Shown: positions 1 through 12,925, numbered from the whole stretch's first letter. The stretch is DNA of 63,503 nt, filler included, from Craspedostauros australis (GCA_030167865.1; 18 parts of 18 records of this genome joined end to end with filler, not necessarily neighbours in it), one strand, 5' to 3'. Notes: generated by a model not told the origin, from the letters alone. A program made the numbers and translations.

Positions 1-263
1 GGAGGGGGAAGTCAACACCATCAACTGTGATACTCACACATCCACGTGCTCACACACACACACACACACTGCCACTATGCACACAATAGCACATGGTATC
101 ACATGTGACTATGACACTGCACACCATGACACATAGCATCTCACATTAATGTGGGATACAACATGCTCAACAGTGTTGACATGACAGTGCATGGATACAG
201 GTCAGTAGCTGTGATCACCAGTCTTCGATTGTGTTGAAATGACACTTTTTGAAATAACACGGG

Positions 264-1055
264 TGTTGGAAATCCGGGGTTATAGATATAGTCTAATGCT
301 TATTAAACTGTACCGTTTTAGAACTGTGAGAACAGCACACTCATTTCTCAAATCGTCGACTCGTTTGCCCATGATGATGTTGATGGCCTCCTGTAGATGC
401 CCCTCACAATCATCATTGCAATCTCTCTCTCTGTCATACCCATTTCATTGCTCATGACAAGTGCATTTCACCATGCTCGTCTGCTGAGGTATCGGTCTAC
501 ACTCCTGAGGTGCATGCATGCTGATGCTTGATTCATTCTCTTCTCATCAGGCATCCATTGCTCATTCAGTACACTCTTCCATGTTGTTCACTCACTCTTC
601 TCACATGTTCACTGACAATCACACTTGGTCAGAACATGAAGTTCTGGCACGATCAGTCCAGTCCTTCGATGCTGTTCCAGTCCGCGCTTTGTTCTCCTTT
701 GCTGGTTCTCTGTCAGTCACGTAATCATGTTCTGGGTTCCGAGCGACTCAACCGTGATAGCGTTTTCGCATAGATGTTTCAGGTTAACCAGTCAACCCTC
801 GTGCTTGGAACACTTCGGTGTTCCGGTCTCCCTTTCACATCCATCGTTCGCCATACCAGTTCGTCAATCCACTCAAACCATGTCTCACGATTAGTCTGTC
901 CTTCGTCCGTCATACTCTTGACACACAGAGGAGGAGGTCCACAATCGACTTGGGAGTGTGTCCGACTTTGGTATATCGGTCAGTCTATTTTTGGTATTAT
1001 GGGAGGTGCGGCAATCTAGGATAACACGACATAGTCGCACCCTCGATTCCTGACA
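264..1055. mobile_element. Probable solo LTR (Copia-like), 792 bp
   Basis: Begins TGTTGGAAATC and ends GATTCCTGACA (TG...CA with an imperfect terminal inverted repeat). Its last ~55 bp (gggaggtgcggcaatc...cctcgattcctgaca) recur at 51780-51834 in another segment. No target-site duplication seen. Confidence 0.55.
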
Positions 1056-1391
1056 TGTGTCCAGACACGTTCGGGAAAGGCCATTTTTTGACGGGTTGCG
1101 TACGGAATTTGACATTTCAGCGACGTCATTGTTCTGCCTGTCCAAACACGTTTTTGAAATAACTATCCGTTATTAGACGTTGACATTCAAATTCAAATTT
1201 GATCTCTCGTTACATGTCACAAATCTCCTCGCATTTTGCCACCAAATCGCGTTTTGCTTTTCGCGGTGGTGTGCGGTGCTTGTTGCATGTTCATGTAGTG
1301 TTTGTATCGTCACCTTCTTGCGTCCCTCCTGCTCAGTTCACTTCCATCACTAGTAGTCTTCTCCATCTACCCATCAGTACCAATCAGCATC

Positions 1392-4300
1392 ATGATCGTC
1401 TCTACCTCGAAAGCTGCGTCGAAGGACGCCAATCCTTCTCCCTCCAAGAAGCAGCATTTGCCATCCTCTCCATCCGTGCGCCCCTTTCCATCCGATCCGA
1501 ATGATCGCAAAGAACTGTTTGCGCCATCTGCTGCTGAGAAGCTGTTGCCTCCACTGGATGTAGATGGTAAGCAGCATATTACGACATCTACAACAGACAA
1601 GCTCTTGCCTCCTTTGATGAAAGGCACGACCTTCGACTACGAGTGTGACGTTCAGATCCAAACCAACAACGACCAGAATCGCACACTTCATGCAACCAAC
1701 GAGAAANTCTTCGTTCGCGTGCACATCACCACCAACAATGGCATGATTCTTGACACCTCCAAGGTCACAGTGTAGGCCTTTGGACAGGGCTCCAACGCCG
1801 GGACAAAAGTGCAGGTCAAACTCTGCGTCCCGACTCCTGGAGCTTTCCCCCACTCCTTCCCGCACCGACTATCCAAACCAGCAACGAAAGCCAAGCGCAT
1901 GCAACGCCGCAAGGCTGACGACGACAAAGCGTTCCGCCCCAACGGACGCAAGAAAGTCAAGAGCGGGAAATCTAACTCCGGAAGATTCCAACCCAAGCAC
2001 AACACGAACAAGACAGATGCGTTTCAAATCATGTGCGAGGTCTTGCAGGAGCTCGGAGTGAAACAACTTGCGACTATGCTGGCCGACTTTCCTTGTTGCG
2101 GATTTGTATTGGGGCGCAAATCCGACAAGCAAGTGTGGAGCAAAGCAAAGAAGATCTTCGTGGTGGCCTCCAATGCGCTGTGGAAAGCCCTGATTCCGGC
2201 AATGAACTTGCCAGTTCCTCAAATGGAACAGGTGGTGGCATTCGTGCGCGCGGGGGTAGACTTGCTGCCTATCAAGCTGGCTCCTAACCTCTACACAATT
2301 TGCCTCGTCGGCAAGAAGAACATTGCACGCACAGCAAGGTGCATTCTTGCCATGTCTGCCTCGCCACGTCAATGTACTAACCTCCTCTCGCGACACAAGA
2401 GCGGACTTCCTGGCGTTTAGCGTCTCGGCCTCTTGCCAGAGCAATACATCATCACGTGGGGCCAGCTCCTCACTCTGCGCAACTACTACGAGCTCTTGCG
2501 CGAGGGCAACGTGCTTGGTGCTGCTGTTCACGACTATCGCGTCAGCGCATACAGCTTGGCCGGCGTGGTGTCCTTCATCAGCAACACAACCACATACAAG
2601 CCAGGCCTTTGTCACAGCATCAAGCAGGGAGGGGTGATATTTGAAAACATGCCAGTATTCGAACGTGGCGGAACGAGTGTGGGCGAGCTGTTCCATATGT
2701 ACAAGACTACGACGAACAATCCAGTCGGCGAGCCAGCATTCCGAGCAATGATGGGCCTGCTCACACGCAGAGGCAAAGTGATTACTGGTCTCTCCTCTTT
2801 TGAAAACTACTTCTGGATGGCAACAAAGACGCTGAAGGAGATGCTCGTGCGCTTGAATACCCTACTCGAGGATTCGTTCAACAGTGATGATGGACATGAC
2901 GACCTAACCTTGGAGCATATTCAAACCTGTGAGACATTGTTGCGCGATCTGGACCTTATGATCACATTCCTCAAGTGGGAGTATACCGCGCCGCACATGC
3001 AGATCAAGTGCGAAGAAGACCCAATGCACTGCGCTCATTTCGCCCTTCGCAAGGATTCAAAAATGAAGCAGGCTAAGTCTACACTCGGCACCAAAAACAC
3101 AACAGCGCCTGCCAGCACCAACACGACATGCGCAGTCATTGATCCTCCTACAGTAACCACAGAGTGTGATGCCAATGCCCTTCCTCTCATCGCTCACGAT
3201 CAACAAGGCAAAGTATGCAACAGATGTGGACAAGTGATGCAATTCATGGATGATCGCATCGCACCATTCATCGAGACGCTCAAGGCCAATCATCTAAGTG
3301 ACCACGCAGATGAACTACACACAATGCTGGAAGCGGTACCAGGCTTCAACAACGAGATCACTGCGTACATGGCACACCGAGTTCGAGCAAAGGTTCAATT
3401 TGATCAGATGAACAAGTACAAGGCCAAGATCAACAACAATGATAAGTGTGCCTACATCGTCATCGACCATAAGCAGAAGATTCTGCCGATGGCACAAGGA
3501 GAATCGCAGACAGAGTAATGGGGCAAGAAGGGCATGTTGCTGCTTGGTGTCATGATTGTCACTTGCAAAAATGACGAATTCACCTACCGCTTTGTGGACA
3601 TATTTGTTCATGGCCGTCCCACCCAAGACACGCTTCAAGTTGGAGGACTACTCAAAATCATCCAGAAGAAGGTACGCGATCTCCTGCCATCAGTGACAGA
3701 AATTATCCTGCAGTCGGACAACGCGGGCTGCTTCGCCAGCCACGAGCACATTGCGCTTGTCTCATCACGGATTAACAAGGACGCGGCAGCCAAAGGGCTT
3801 CCCCAATTCATCATTTGGATCTACACAGAAGCCCAAACCGGCAAAGGGCAAATCAACACTCACTTTGCCTACATCACTATCGTACTACGATCTTACGTGC
3901 AAAACGGCGGTAAAATTCAAACCGAACACGAGATCTTCGACGAATTGCAAATGGGAAATATCAGAGGTACTACAACTGTCTTGGTTGACACGTCGGATTT
4001 GGAAGTCGCTGTGTGATGCACAAGACGAATGCACACATGAGGTTCCGCGCAAAAGGCATGAATGTGCGATCAACCCACGAAGTCCGGCACGGAAACGGCT
4101 ACGCAGACTTGCTTGCAGCTTCAAATATCACTGCTTCAGTACGTGTGGAGGAAGCCGAATGGGAAGATTACGACATCATGAATTCTGACGTTCCTATCAT
4201 GATAGAACACCAGTCCACACAGGAGCCACTCACAGCAACATCACCGAGGAAGGAGAACAAGACTCTCAGGTTCGCGAAGAGTGCCACCGAAAGCAAGGCA

Positions 4301-5041
4301 CTGACGTACCTCGAAGCAATCAACATGGCAGCCTTGGAGACCCCTGACGTAAGTACTGTGCTACAGGACACCACAGCAACAACAGAACACCCGCGATTGG
4401 CTGAACCTGGCTGGGCTGCAAAAGCTGTATGACGAAACAAGCCCATTCGCCCCTGCCTTGTGAACGTGCTGGAAGAGGTTTGCAGAGTGGCACGCGCGGA
4501 TCCGAAGAACAGGCCAACGGAGTACGAGGGATACCAGCGGTGCATGGAGACCACGGAAATGAAGACTGACTGGTATGCACGGGTACACGTGAACCCAATG
4601 CGAGTGAAGCAGTACATGTCCGCTTCATATCAGCGCACGAAACCGAAGCCCGCGAACATCCGTACTCTGGAAAGTACGATCAAACGAAACGCAACTAACG
4701 CAACGAACACATCCAACACAAAAATTTCCCCACCCCCAACGAACGCAAACAATGCTGATGCAGGAATCGTGCCTGCACAACAAAAAAGATCAGAAGAGGA
4801 AGAAATCGCGCTGCGACAAGAAGAAAACGAAGCCTCGGAGCGAATTGCGTGCGAGGCACACACGATGAAGGAAAATACGGAATCTCCTGACTTGGTGGAA
4901 CAAAATGTGAGGACACAATTGTTGGAATGCGTGAGGGCAGCAATGGAGGGACTAAAAACTAAATTAGCCCTGCAATTGACCTCGACAGTCCTCCTTTTGC
5001 GATACCAACCAGTGCACAAACAAAACAGGATCTGGCCGTAG
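1392..5041 (+). pseudogene. Degenerate Sola3-like DDD transposase
   Basis: ORFs 1302-1775, 1809-2420, 2433-3518 and 3534-4016 share one frame and are split by single stops; a 1-nt frameshift near 4010-4016 leads into 4013-4432 and 4460-5041. Motifs: HCAHFAL...CNRC, YMAHRVR, IDHKQKILP...ESQTE*WGKKG, QSDNAGCF and TEAQTGKGQINTH, matching the Sola3-type pattern (DWAMKFLP..RE.Q..WFGKRG / SDNAGCY / GK..CD) as I recall it. Confidence 0.7.
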
Positions 5042-5198
5042 TGCGCTAGTTGCGTCTAGATTAGCGCAAAATCGAGGTGTCCATAAAAATTAAAATAAGA
5101 CATTAAAGCAAAATCGGCGTCCGCTATGATTCTTATGTTTTCTTCTAGTTTATGAATATGTGGGTGTCTGGGTCAAAATCCCCGTATCTTCCCACCCC

Positions 5199-6623
5199 TC
5201 AGGACCGACTGCAGGTCCCGTCACTCAAGTGGGTCCAAATAGGTTGACGGATGGCCTCTTTGATCTCCTGTGCAAACACCAACTCCTCCTTGATGTCATC
5301 CATGATGTCATCTATCTTCTCGATTCCAATCTCGGTGCGAGTCTGCTTCATTGTGGTGGATATCTTCTTCAACACCTTGAACGTTTCGGCGTTCTGAACA
5401 GCACTCTCCAGGTTGATCAACTGGATCTCCAGATTAATTTTAGTATCGTGTATCTTGTCGATCTCAGACTCAATAGTTTCCCTCAGCTCGAGGGTGGAGA
5501 TGGCGCCTATCGGTGTAGAGTAAGTATGGTAGAATAGCACGTGTTGTTGTGGCATGATGAAGAGAAGAGAGATGGAAGGTTTCCGTCATTTCGCACGGTG
5601 TCACGATCCATGGTTACATCGTTGTTTCATTCCACGGCAGTGCGAGTGCCAGCGATTGTGATGAATTCATTCGGTTGGAACATGGAAATGTCATCGTTCG
5701 ATTCGAGCAGCAAGAAGGTGTTGAGTATTCATTATTGCGTCATGGCAGTGTCGCAGGAGCGACGGGTTTGTCAAGTGGTCGCGAGGTTTGCCATGGGATG
5801 GGGCGACCAAACGTTTAATACAGGAGCGGCAGAGAACTAACAAAGAGCGAAGAAAATCAATTTCGTTCGTTGAACTCAAGTCTTGTTTGTGGCAAAGGTT
5901 GTGTGTGACATCATAGAGCACCACGCTGTGCAGGAACAGAAGAAGGAACAGCCCGCACATTGCCGTGTACTGCGATTGATCGCAATCATCCCCGTTGCCT
6001 TGCGTGCATGCATCCATCCATCAGCTCTCCCCCATGAGCCCCCATCCGCACTTCCACAGTCACCGACACGCGATATCATGCATGCATGCGTGCGTGTACA
6101 CACAGACGTCGCGAACATCTTGATCGCATACAAGCGCAGATTTGTTCCGAAACTCACCCGTTTTGTCGCCCATTGCTGTCCTCTTCTCGGCGGTTTCCAT
6201 TACACTCTGCATCCTCTTGTGCAAGAACTCCTCTCTGTATTGCGGCACAGATCGCGGTGGTTGTGGGGCATCGAGCAACGTACGTTGTTGCAGAAAATAG
6301 AGGTAGCAGTTGCCATGCATCATATCGTTGACAACATGTCGACGCAAGGTTGCGGAAGGCAGAAGAAGAAAGACGAACGAACATGGGTGAGATGCGTTTT
6401 GGTGATGAGACGTTCATGGTTGAAAGACAAGGCTCAAATTTGGGATACGACAATTCTTTTGTTGCAATACGAAAATTGCTTGAGCTTACCTTTTTTCTTG
6501 GGTTGCGATGAAGTCGTGGAGCTCCACGATGGTGGCCTGCAGGCTTGCCGGCGAGGCAGCGACGGTTGAGCTCTTGGAGACCGTCGACTTGGTCTTCTTC
6601 TTTCTGAACATTCTACGAAACAT
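5199..6623 (-). CDS. ESCRT-III Snf7/Vps32/CHMP4-like protein, three exons, C-terminally truncated or degenerate
   Basis: Exons 6623-6490 (MFRRMFRKKK...IATQEK), 6234-6158 (REEFLHKRMQ...MGDKT) and 5506-5199 (GAISTLELRETIESEIDKIHDTKINLEIQLINLESAVQNAETFKVL...IEKIDDIMDDIKEE) join in frame through GT-AG introns. The helical core is typical of Snf7. Confidence 0.75.
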
Positions 6624-6644
6624 TGTGGATGTAGTTGGTTGGAT

Positions 6645-6737
6645 GCTTGCTTGCTTGTTGCTTGCTTGTTGCTTGCTTGTTGCTTGCTTGTTGCTTGCTT
6701 GTTGCTTGCTTGTTGCTTGCTTGTTGCTTGCTTGTTG
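6645..6737. repeat. Simple tandem repeat, ~11-bp unit (TTGCTTGCTTG), ~8 copies
   Basis: Directly visible just upstream of the Snf7-like ATG. Confidence 0.9.
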
Positions 6738-7718
6738 TCTGGAGGAGTCGCAAAGATGGACGGACAAGAACGACGATGTACAAGTTTGAGGTTGTGGATG
6801 ACAGATCGTTGTCGTGTGTTTTTAATGAGCCCGATCAGTGAGTCGACCTGCGCTTTGTTATGATCCGCGTGAGCGAAAAGCGACGAGGTTCACCCAGAAT
6901 GCACTTCAGGCAAGGTCGCACTCCCTGCGTCCAACGAAGAATGCAGTGCGCGATCAAGCAGGGATACGTGGGAAACGGTTAAAATGGGGTCAACATGCGA
7001 ACACGGGCATCGCCCAACCATGAGAGACTAGAGAACTCTGTGACGGTCCTACACGGTCCAATAACCCTTATAATCTGAATCTTTGGGGTTTACCACCCTC
7101 AATACCAATGCATGCGTGTGTCAACTTGTCACCAACAGAGCATGAATTCCAACTCGCACCGTCAACTCATCTGATGTGCCAAAACAAAATAATTTATAAA
7201 TTTCACCGCGAACCCCATATGTATTCATAACGGACGTTTTGGTCAATATGAATTTGTATCCACTTTGTCCGATGTTGATTCGAACTACTCTCGAAGAACA
7301 AGTTCGTCCGTGTGGGAGCTGCGCGCATGTGACGAACTCACCCACAACAGGGCGTGCGCGAAGATGGCGTGATGTCCGAATTTAACGTCCTATTAACGCC
7401 ATTCGTGGATGCTGCGAAGTTATCGCGCAACTGGGAAACCACCAACGGCTGCATTGAAGAAGCAACAAGTCCTCCCACGTTTCTGAATGTCGTTCGAGTT
7501 CTTCCTGGTTACCACCAACACTGAGCAACGCAGAGCAACGCAACGCAGAAGATGGAAAGGAAGACCGACAGATGGATTCGTCAACAACACAATAAAAGGC
7601 ATAAGGACACCCACCTGACGTTCCGCTTGTGACTGACAGATACGCAGCTCGTGCGCGTACACTATTATAGAATACCACAGATATAGAATACTATTCTACT
7701 ACAGATAGCAATCTCAAG

Positions 7719-8888
7719 ATGCCTCGCGTCAAGCATGGCGGCTCGAAGAAGCCACAGGCGTCCTTCGTGATCAGAATGGTGGCCGCAGGGTTCATGCTGA
7801 TGCTTGGATCGGTCGTGTACCTCAGCTTCTCGATCTCCCACAGCATCAACAAGCTGGAATCGTCGAGCACGAGCTCCCAACAGGCACCGGCGCTGCGTCA
7901 GGCTCAGCGGCTGATGCCGGAGACGCAACCTGCAGCACGTGCAAGCGCAGGAGGCGGAGCATTCATCCTGGGACCGCCAGCCGATGCTATCGCACTCATC
8001 AAAAAGCGTCTGGAATGGCTGGACACCATCACGTTTTACGAAGACAAGGAGGACATCGACACGAGGGCCAAGATGGCCTATTTGGAGATGCTGAAGAGCA
8101 CCGTGTCCGCGACGGCCTACGGAGCCAGCGAGATGTCCGTCATTCCTGCCTTGGGCAAGCGGAGGTCAAGGGTCAAGCCCTACAACGAGAAGAGACGCCA
8201 GCAGGGAAACGACTGGACGTACCTTGGTTACACGATGACTGGCACTGCGAGGCTCAATAATGTGCGCGATCTGCTGATGGACGTCTTCAAGAACAACATC
8301 CCCGGAGACTACATCGAGACGGGCGTTTGGCGCGGGGGCAGCAGCATCTTTGCCAGGGGCGTCATCGAGGTCTTCGGACAAGGGCATCGCCACTCCTACG
8401 TTTGCGATTCCTTCCAGGGCCTCCCTCCTGGTGACAAGAACATCCACAAGGGAGACACCGGCTGGGACAACACGCCTTACCTTGAGGTGTCGAAGGAGCA
8501 CGTGATGGGATTCTTCCGTGAAGTCAACCTCCTCAACGAGGAGAAGGTGCACTTCGTCAAGGGATTCTTCAAGGATTCGATGCCAGGACTCAGCAAGCAG
8601 GTTGGCAAGTTCGCGGTCATGCGATTGGACGGAGACATGTACGAAAGCACGGTCGATGTGCTGTACACGATGTACGACAAGCTCAGCATCGGCGGTTACC
8701 TCATCATCGATGATTGGTGGGCCACGAAGAACGTGCCTTTCCCAGCCAAGGACGCGTGCGAAGACTTCTTCCTGGTTCACGGCATCAACCCCGAGATCAT
8801 CCCTGTCGACAACATGTCGATCTATTGGAAGAAAACGGAGGAGGTCAACATCCAGTACTGGCGTTACGAGCAGAAGAAGTTCAAGTAG
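7719..8888 (+). CDS. TylF/MycF (macrocin-type) SAM-dependent O-methyltransferase with N-terminal signal anchor
   Basis: 389-aa intact ORF with PGDYIETGVWRGG, DSFQGLP, VKGFFKDS, RLDGDMYEST and GGYLIIDD motifs. Hydrophobic segment at about aa 17-40. Confidence 0.9.
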   Translation: MPRVKHGGSKKPQASFVIRMVAAGFMLMLGSVVYLSFSISHSINKLESSSTSSQQAPALRQAQRLMPETQPAARASAGGGAFILGPPADAIALIKKRLEWLDTITFYEDKEDIDTRAKMAYLEMLKSTVSATAYGASEMSVIPALGKRRSRVKPYNEKRRQQGNDWTYLGYTMTGTARLNNVRDLLMDVFKNNIPGDYIETGVWRGGSSIFARGVIEVFGQGHRHSYVCDSFQGLPPGDKNIHKGDTGWDNTPYLEVSKEHVMGFFREVNLLNEEKVHFVKGFFKDSMPGLSKQVGKFAVMRLDGDMYESTVDVLYTMYDKLSIGGYLIIDDWWATKNVPFPAKDACEDFFLVHGINPEIIPVDNMSIYWKKTEEVNIQYWRYEQKKFK

Positions 8889-10771
8889 AGTGAAATTCGA
8901 GTTGAGTTCGTACTAGATGATGATGACAACGAGGATGAGGGTGACGATGAACAGTCAGCGGGAGAGATAAGCATACCGTCGACTCCAAAGCGAGGGCAAA
9001 AATGAGCGCCCTTCCTTCATCAGAATAGTATACAAGTGCATCTTACACACGGCAGTATCCCACTCCAGTCCAGCCATACAAGCGTACGCAATGCCAATAG
9101 TCTCACTCCGCAGGATACAAACAGGTAGAGTACTCGTACGAGTGACGGAATGTGGGATGGGCCACTCGCATATCCCATGCAAGTAGGATCGCTCCGAGAT
9201 TGATGCGCCTCCTTCGGATGTTCCGTGTGGACGAGTGGGATGTTGTCAAAGCTCATTAAGTATTATACCTGCTCCACGAGCACCACAACGAAACTGTGCG
9301 ACCATGGTTGGATACGAGCGAAGAGATCGGCATCCTACTCGTAACAGTACGACCTATGGTATGTGCAGAACCTCCTTGTCTCGTATAATATGAGTGATAG
9401 GCAAATGAAGATGTGGCGGAGCATAGTACGATGCATGTCGGTCAGAGCGGGCTGCGCTCACTCTTCGTGCCAACGAACTCGAAGATTCAAACTGCGGTCG
9501 AATTGGCAAGCAAGCATCGGACAACGGGCAACAGAAATCCGGCTGAGAACAAAACAACGGCATGTCTGGGGGAGATGATGTCGCTGCCAACCCGGATACA
9601 GGTGGGGTAGTCGTAGTGATGATAAATCGTTGAGAAACCGCCAATCGCAGAGATGCGGACATGTCCTCTTCTTTCGTGTATTTCTCCTATCTTCGTCCCA
9701 TGCTAGCAAGCCACAGGCATCCCAACATGGCCTCACTCTGTTTGGACACATCTCGTGTGCGAGGAATGCGTGATGAAGCACCAAATGCGATCTCACTCCT
9801 TGGAGTGTGTTATTTGTCCTTGTATCTACAGGTGGGGTAGTGGTGATGGTCGTGGGAGCGACGAGGGTGGCGGCAGGGGCTGTGAGGCCGGCGACAACAA
9901 CAATTGAGAGTTCCACAGATCTCACAATACATAGCACACTGGGAGCAGCAGCCACGACGGCAACGAAATGGCAATTGATCCAACAGGGGAAGCGGCACCG
10001 CGATGTGTCTTCAATGGTTCTTGAGTTCTCGGAACTGCTCGCAATTGATGTTTGTTGGTATCCATCGTTTATCGCTTGTGAACTCGAGACTCACATTGCC
10101 GATGGCGGAGCAGCGCGTTTTCGTGAGGAGCGCTTCCCCTCTCTGTCTTTCTTTGCGTCTGCTTGTGGGTCGCAGCGTATGGCGCTCTGTGCTTGGAGAC
10201 CGTGTAGCAGCATACGACTAGCTCATTGAGCAGAGTAGAGAACTGCAACTTTCGAAGAATCGTGGCGCGAATGCTCTTTCGAGAACCGCTCCTTGCCTCT
10301 TTCTCCTTGTTCTCTTCTGGCCTTGTCGCGAGGACAGCAACCCACGAACGCTTGAATGGGGGTGAGATGACGCAGCCAAACGTTGCTGTGCACACGAGCT
10401 ACTCACGTGCAGAGATACCGTTGATGTTGTCCGGATTGTGAGCCATCGCTGCTATGATTGCGCAGCTAGAACAAGACTGGAGTCATCACCACTGACGAAG
10501 AATTGGTGAGGCAGGTTCGTGCGAGCTGAGATACGCTGATTGTATTCCTCTTTCCGTGTCTGCTCACGCAGCTGGTGCCAGAGCATCTGTTCCTTTCCCT
10601 CTCTTGATTTACCTCGTCTCGACACATTCAGCAGACGTCTGCTCCGGGAGGAGTGCATGGTGCGTGCACCCACGAATGTTCGGTACCTTGTCTCCTTCCG
10701 AGTGACAAACATCAGCAAGGGTTCTCTTTCCAGGCACCGCACTCGTGTGAATTCCAACAGAACAGAATACT

Positions 10772-12925
10772 GGAGGTGGTTGTAAGGGTCATAATTTCAT
10801 AATCTGGGCCTCTCGGCCAATCATATCGCTTCATTTAGGGCACAAGATACCTTTCGGCTCCTCACTGAAATGGGGGTCAACGTCCACATAACGTCAATCG
10901 AAATTATTATGAACTCCTTGTCCGCGAATATGAACGCTCCTCGGAGACCGTTCATAATTTCATAATCTCTCTGACGAGTCGTGGTAGTCCAAAATTCGTT
11001 CTCAACGGCTACATCGGAGCAAAACTTTGTGCTCACACCAGATTGATCCGATGTGCTCTACTGCAAATTGATTATTCGTTCCCACCCGTTTCATTGCAAC
11101 TGTCTGTTGCAATTTAACTCCTTCTTTCGATGCACCTAGTGTAACCCTGTATTTATTATCTGATGAACTCCGGCAGATCATATCTTCCCCCACCATCATG
11201 ACTTCCACCCTCCAGTATCATCACCGGCACCAGGCTGCCTTGATTTCCATCATCCTTGTCATTCTCAAGCATCTTGCTGCACAGCAGCACCTCTTCATGT
11301 GTGCTGTGGCACACTGCATCCTCGAAACCATGCCAACAAGTGTGCGAAGGGGTCGGTACCTCAGCTCAAGCATCTTCCATCATCAAGCATTATCTTTCAG
11401 GTCTTTGATTTGAGAGCATGGCGACTTCATGGAGTTCTACAACTTCATTGGGCTTACCAGGCCATTGTTTGATCGATTGGCATAACTGCTATAGCCTGGC
11501 ATTGAAGCGTTGCCTGTTGATCCGTGAGACACGGTGCCACCACGACCATCATATATTCACTGTTGTAAGTTCGACTACATTGATGTCACTGCCATTGCAA
11601 TGAAGTATCTGACTTCCAAGTCAGAATTGAAGATCCATTTCTGGTAGGATCTGCCTTTGTTGGAAGGTCGGAAGAGATCTTGGAGGATGTAGGGAGCAAT
11701 GGACATGGCAGAGGCTGAAGTTGAGGCAATGGAAGAGCACGCTCGCAAAACAGGGACTATGGATGACAATTGTAACCTGCCATACAAAGCGATGGCTCTT
11801 GAGAAGAAAGCAAAGGAAGATGTGGAATGCATCAACGATACCAGAAGCAAAGAAGGTGCAAGTGGGAAGCTACAATGGCCATTTGTATCATCAAAGCATT
11901 GACAATGAGACAATTGATGAGCAAACGATTGCACTGAATGCTGCAATGGTTGGGATAGGTACGTTGAGCATTCAATGAATGAAGGAGTGGACACCAGCAG
12001 CACAGCCAATAGAGAAAGGAAGGCAGGGGAAGCAGGAAAGTGGCAACGCAAAGTGAATAGTATGGAGATGAACTGCGGATGGCGAGGAGCAATACATATG
12101 TACATACATACACATCCATCTGGTATATGGCAGTTAAAAACTGCACTTGGGCAAGACATATGTATTTGTGAATGTGTGAAGCAGCAAGAGATGTGCGAAA
12201 CTGGAGCTGTGGATGTGTCAGCATACAGCCCCATTCAGCGAGGTTGAGTATCATCCTGCCGATATTGAATTGGACAACATGACATTTTAGCAAGCTATGT
12301 GGCATGTTGTCCACGAGGGTTAGATATATTTAGATAGCTCTTATGACACAAGTACATGGCTTGTGCTCACTGTGGATGGAACTAATGCTGTCATTGTTGG
12401 TCGATACCAGACTGCGATGGTATCCAACAGTGTGGGTGGTGATGTTGTGACAGCTTCGGTGTTGCGTTGATTCCTCACGTTGTGGACGATTGGGCTCTGT
12501 TGTGTGCTTCCTCCCTTGCGTGTGTTGTGTCAAGTAGCACAGTGTTGTTTGTGGCATCCCTACATGCCCATGTTCACGGCAACAGCAACACTTGCGAATA
12601 CTATGCAGCATAATTTTATATAATACAATGGAGCACAGTGACTCATCCTATGGTATGAGAAGTATACTATACTCTCCACAACATAATAGGATGAACTTGA
12701 TGCTTATCTTAACAATCCGCAAGTGATGACATGACAACCCTGAACAGGGTGATACGAGGAAAATGGTCGTGGAGAGAAATGGCGATGCATGGAAGGAATC
12801 AATGGATTGACAGGCACTGATTTAGTCTTGGGGGCAGATTTGTATACGGGACTGATGTTCGTGACTTGAAATCGGGGTGAACGAGGCTGACCAGTTATGA
12901 AATTATGACCCTTACAACCACCTCC
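10772..12925 (+). mobile_element. Non-autonomous PIF/Harbinger-like TIR DNA transposon, 2154 bp
   Basis: ~35-bp TIRs: GGAGGTGGTTGTAAGGGTCATAATTTCATAA(T)CTGG at 10772 and CCAGTTATGAAATTATGACCCTTACAACCACCTCC ending at 12925. A 3-bp TSD ACT lies on both sides (10769-10771, 12926-12928). A stop-riddled remnant at ~11200-11640 (EHGDFMEFYNFIGLTRPLFDRL...IAMKYLTS) resembles a Harbinger transposase N-terminus. Confidence 0.8.

Noticed and set aside
6508..6863. Leu/Cys/Ala-rich 'membrane' ORFs
   Set aside because: Translations of the TTGCTTGCTTG simple repeat.
1056..7420. One large Sola3 element with TIRs enclosing the Snf7-like gene
   Set aside because: Only short, weak inverted matches (e.g. 1168-1185 versus 7378-7398; gcttttcgc/gcgaaaagc); no convincing TIR or TSD.
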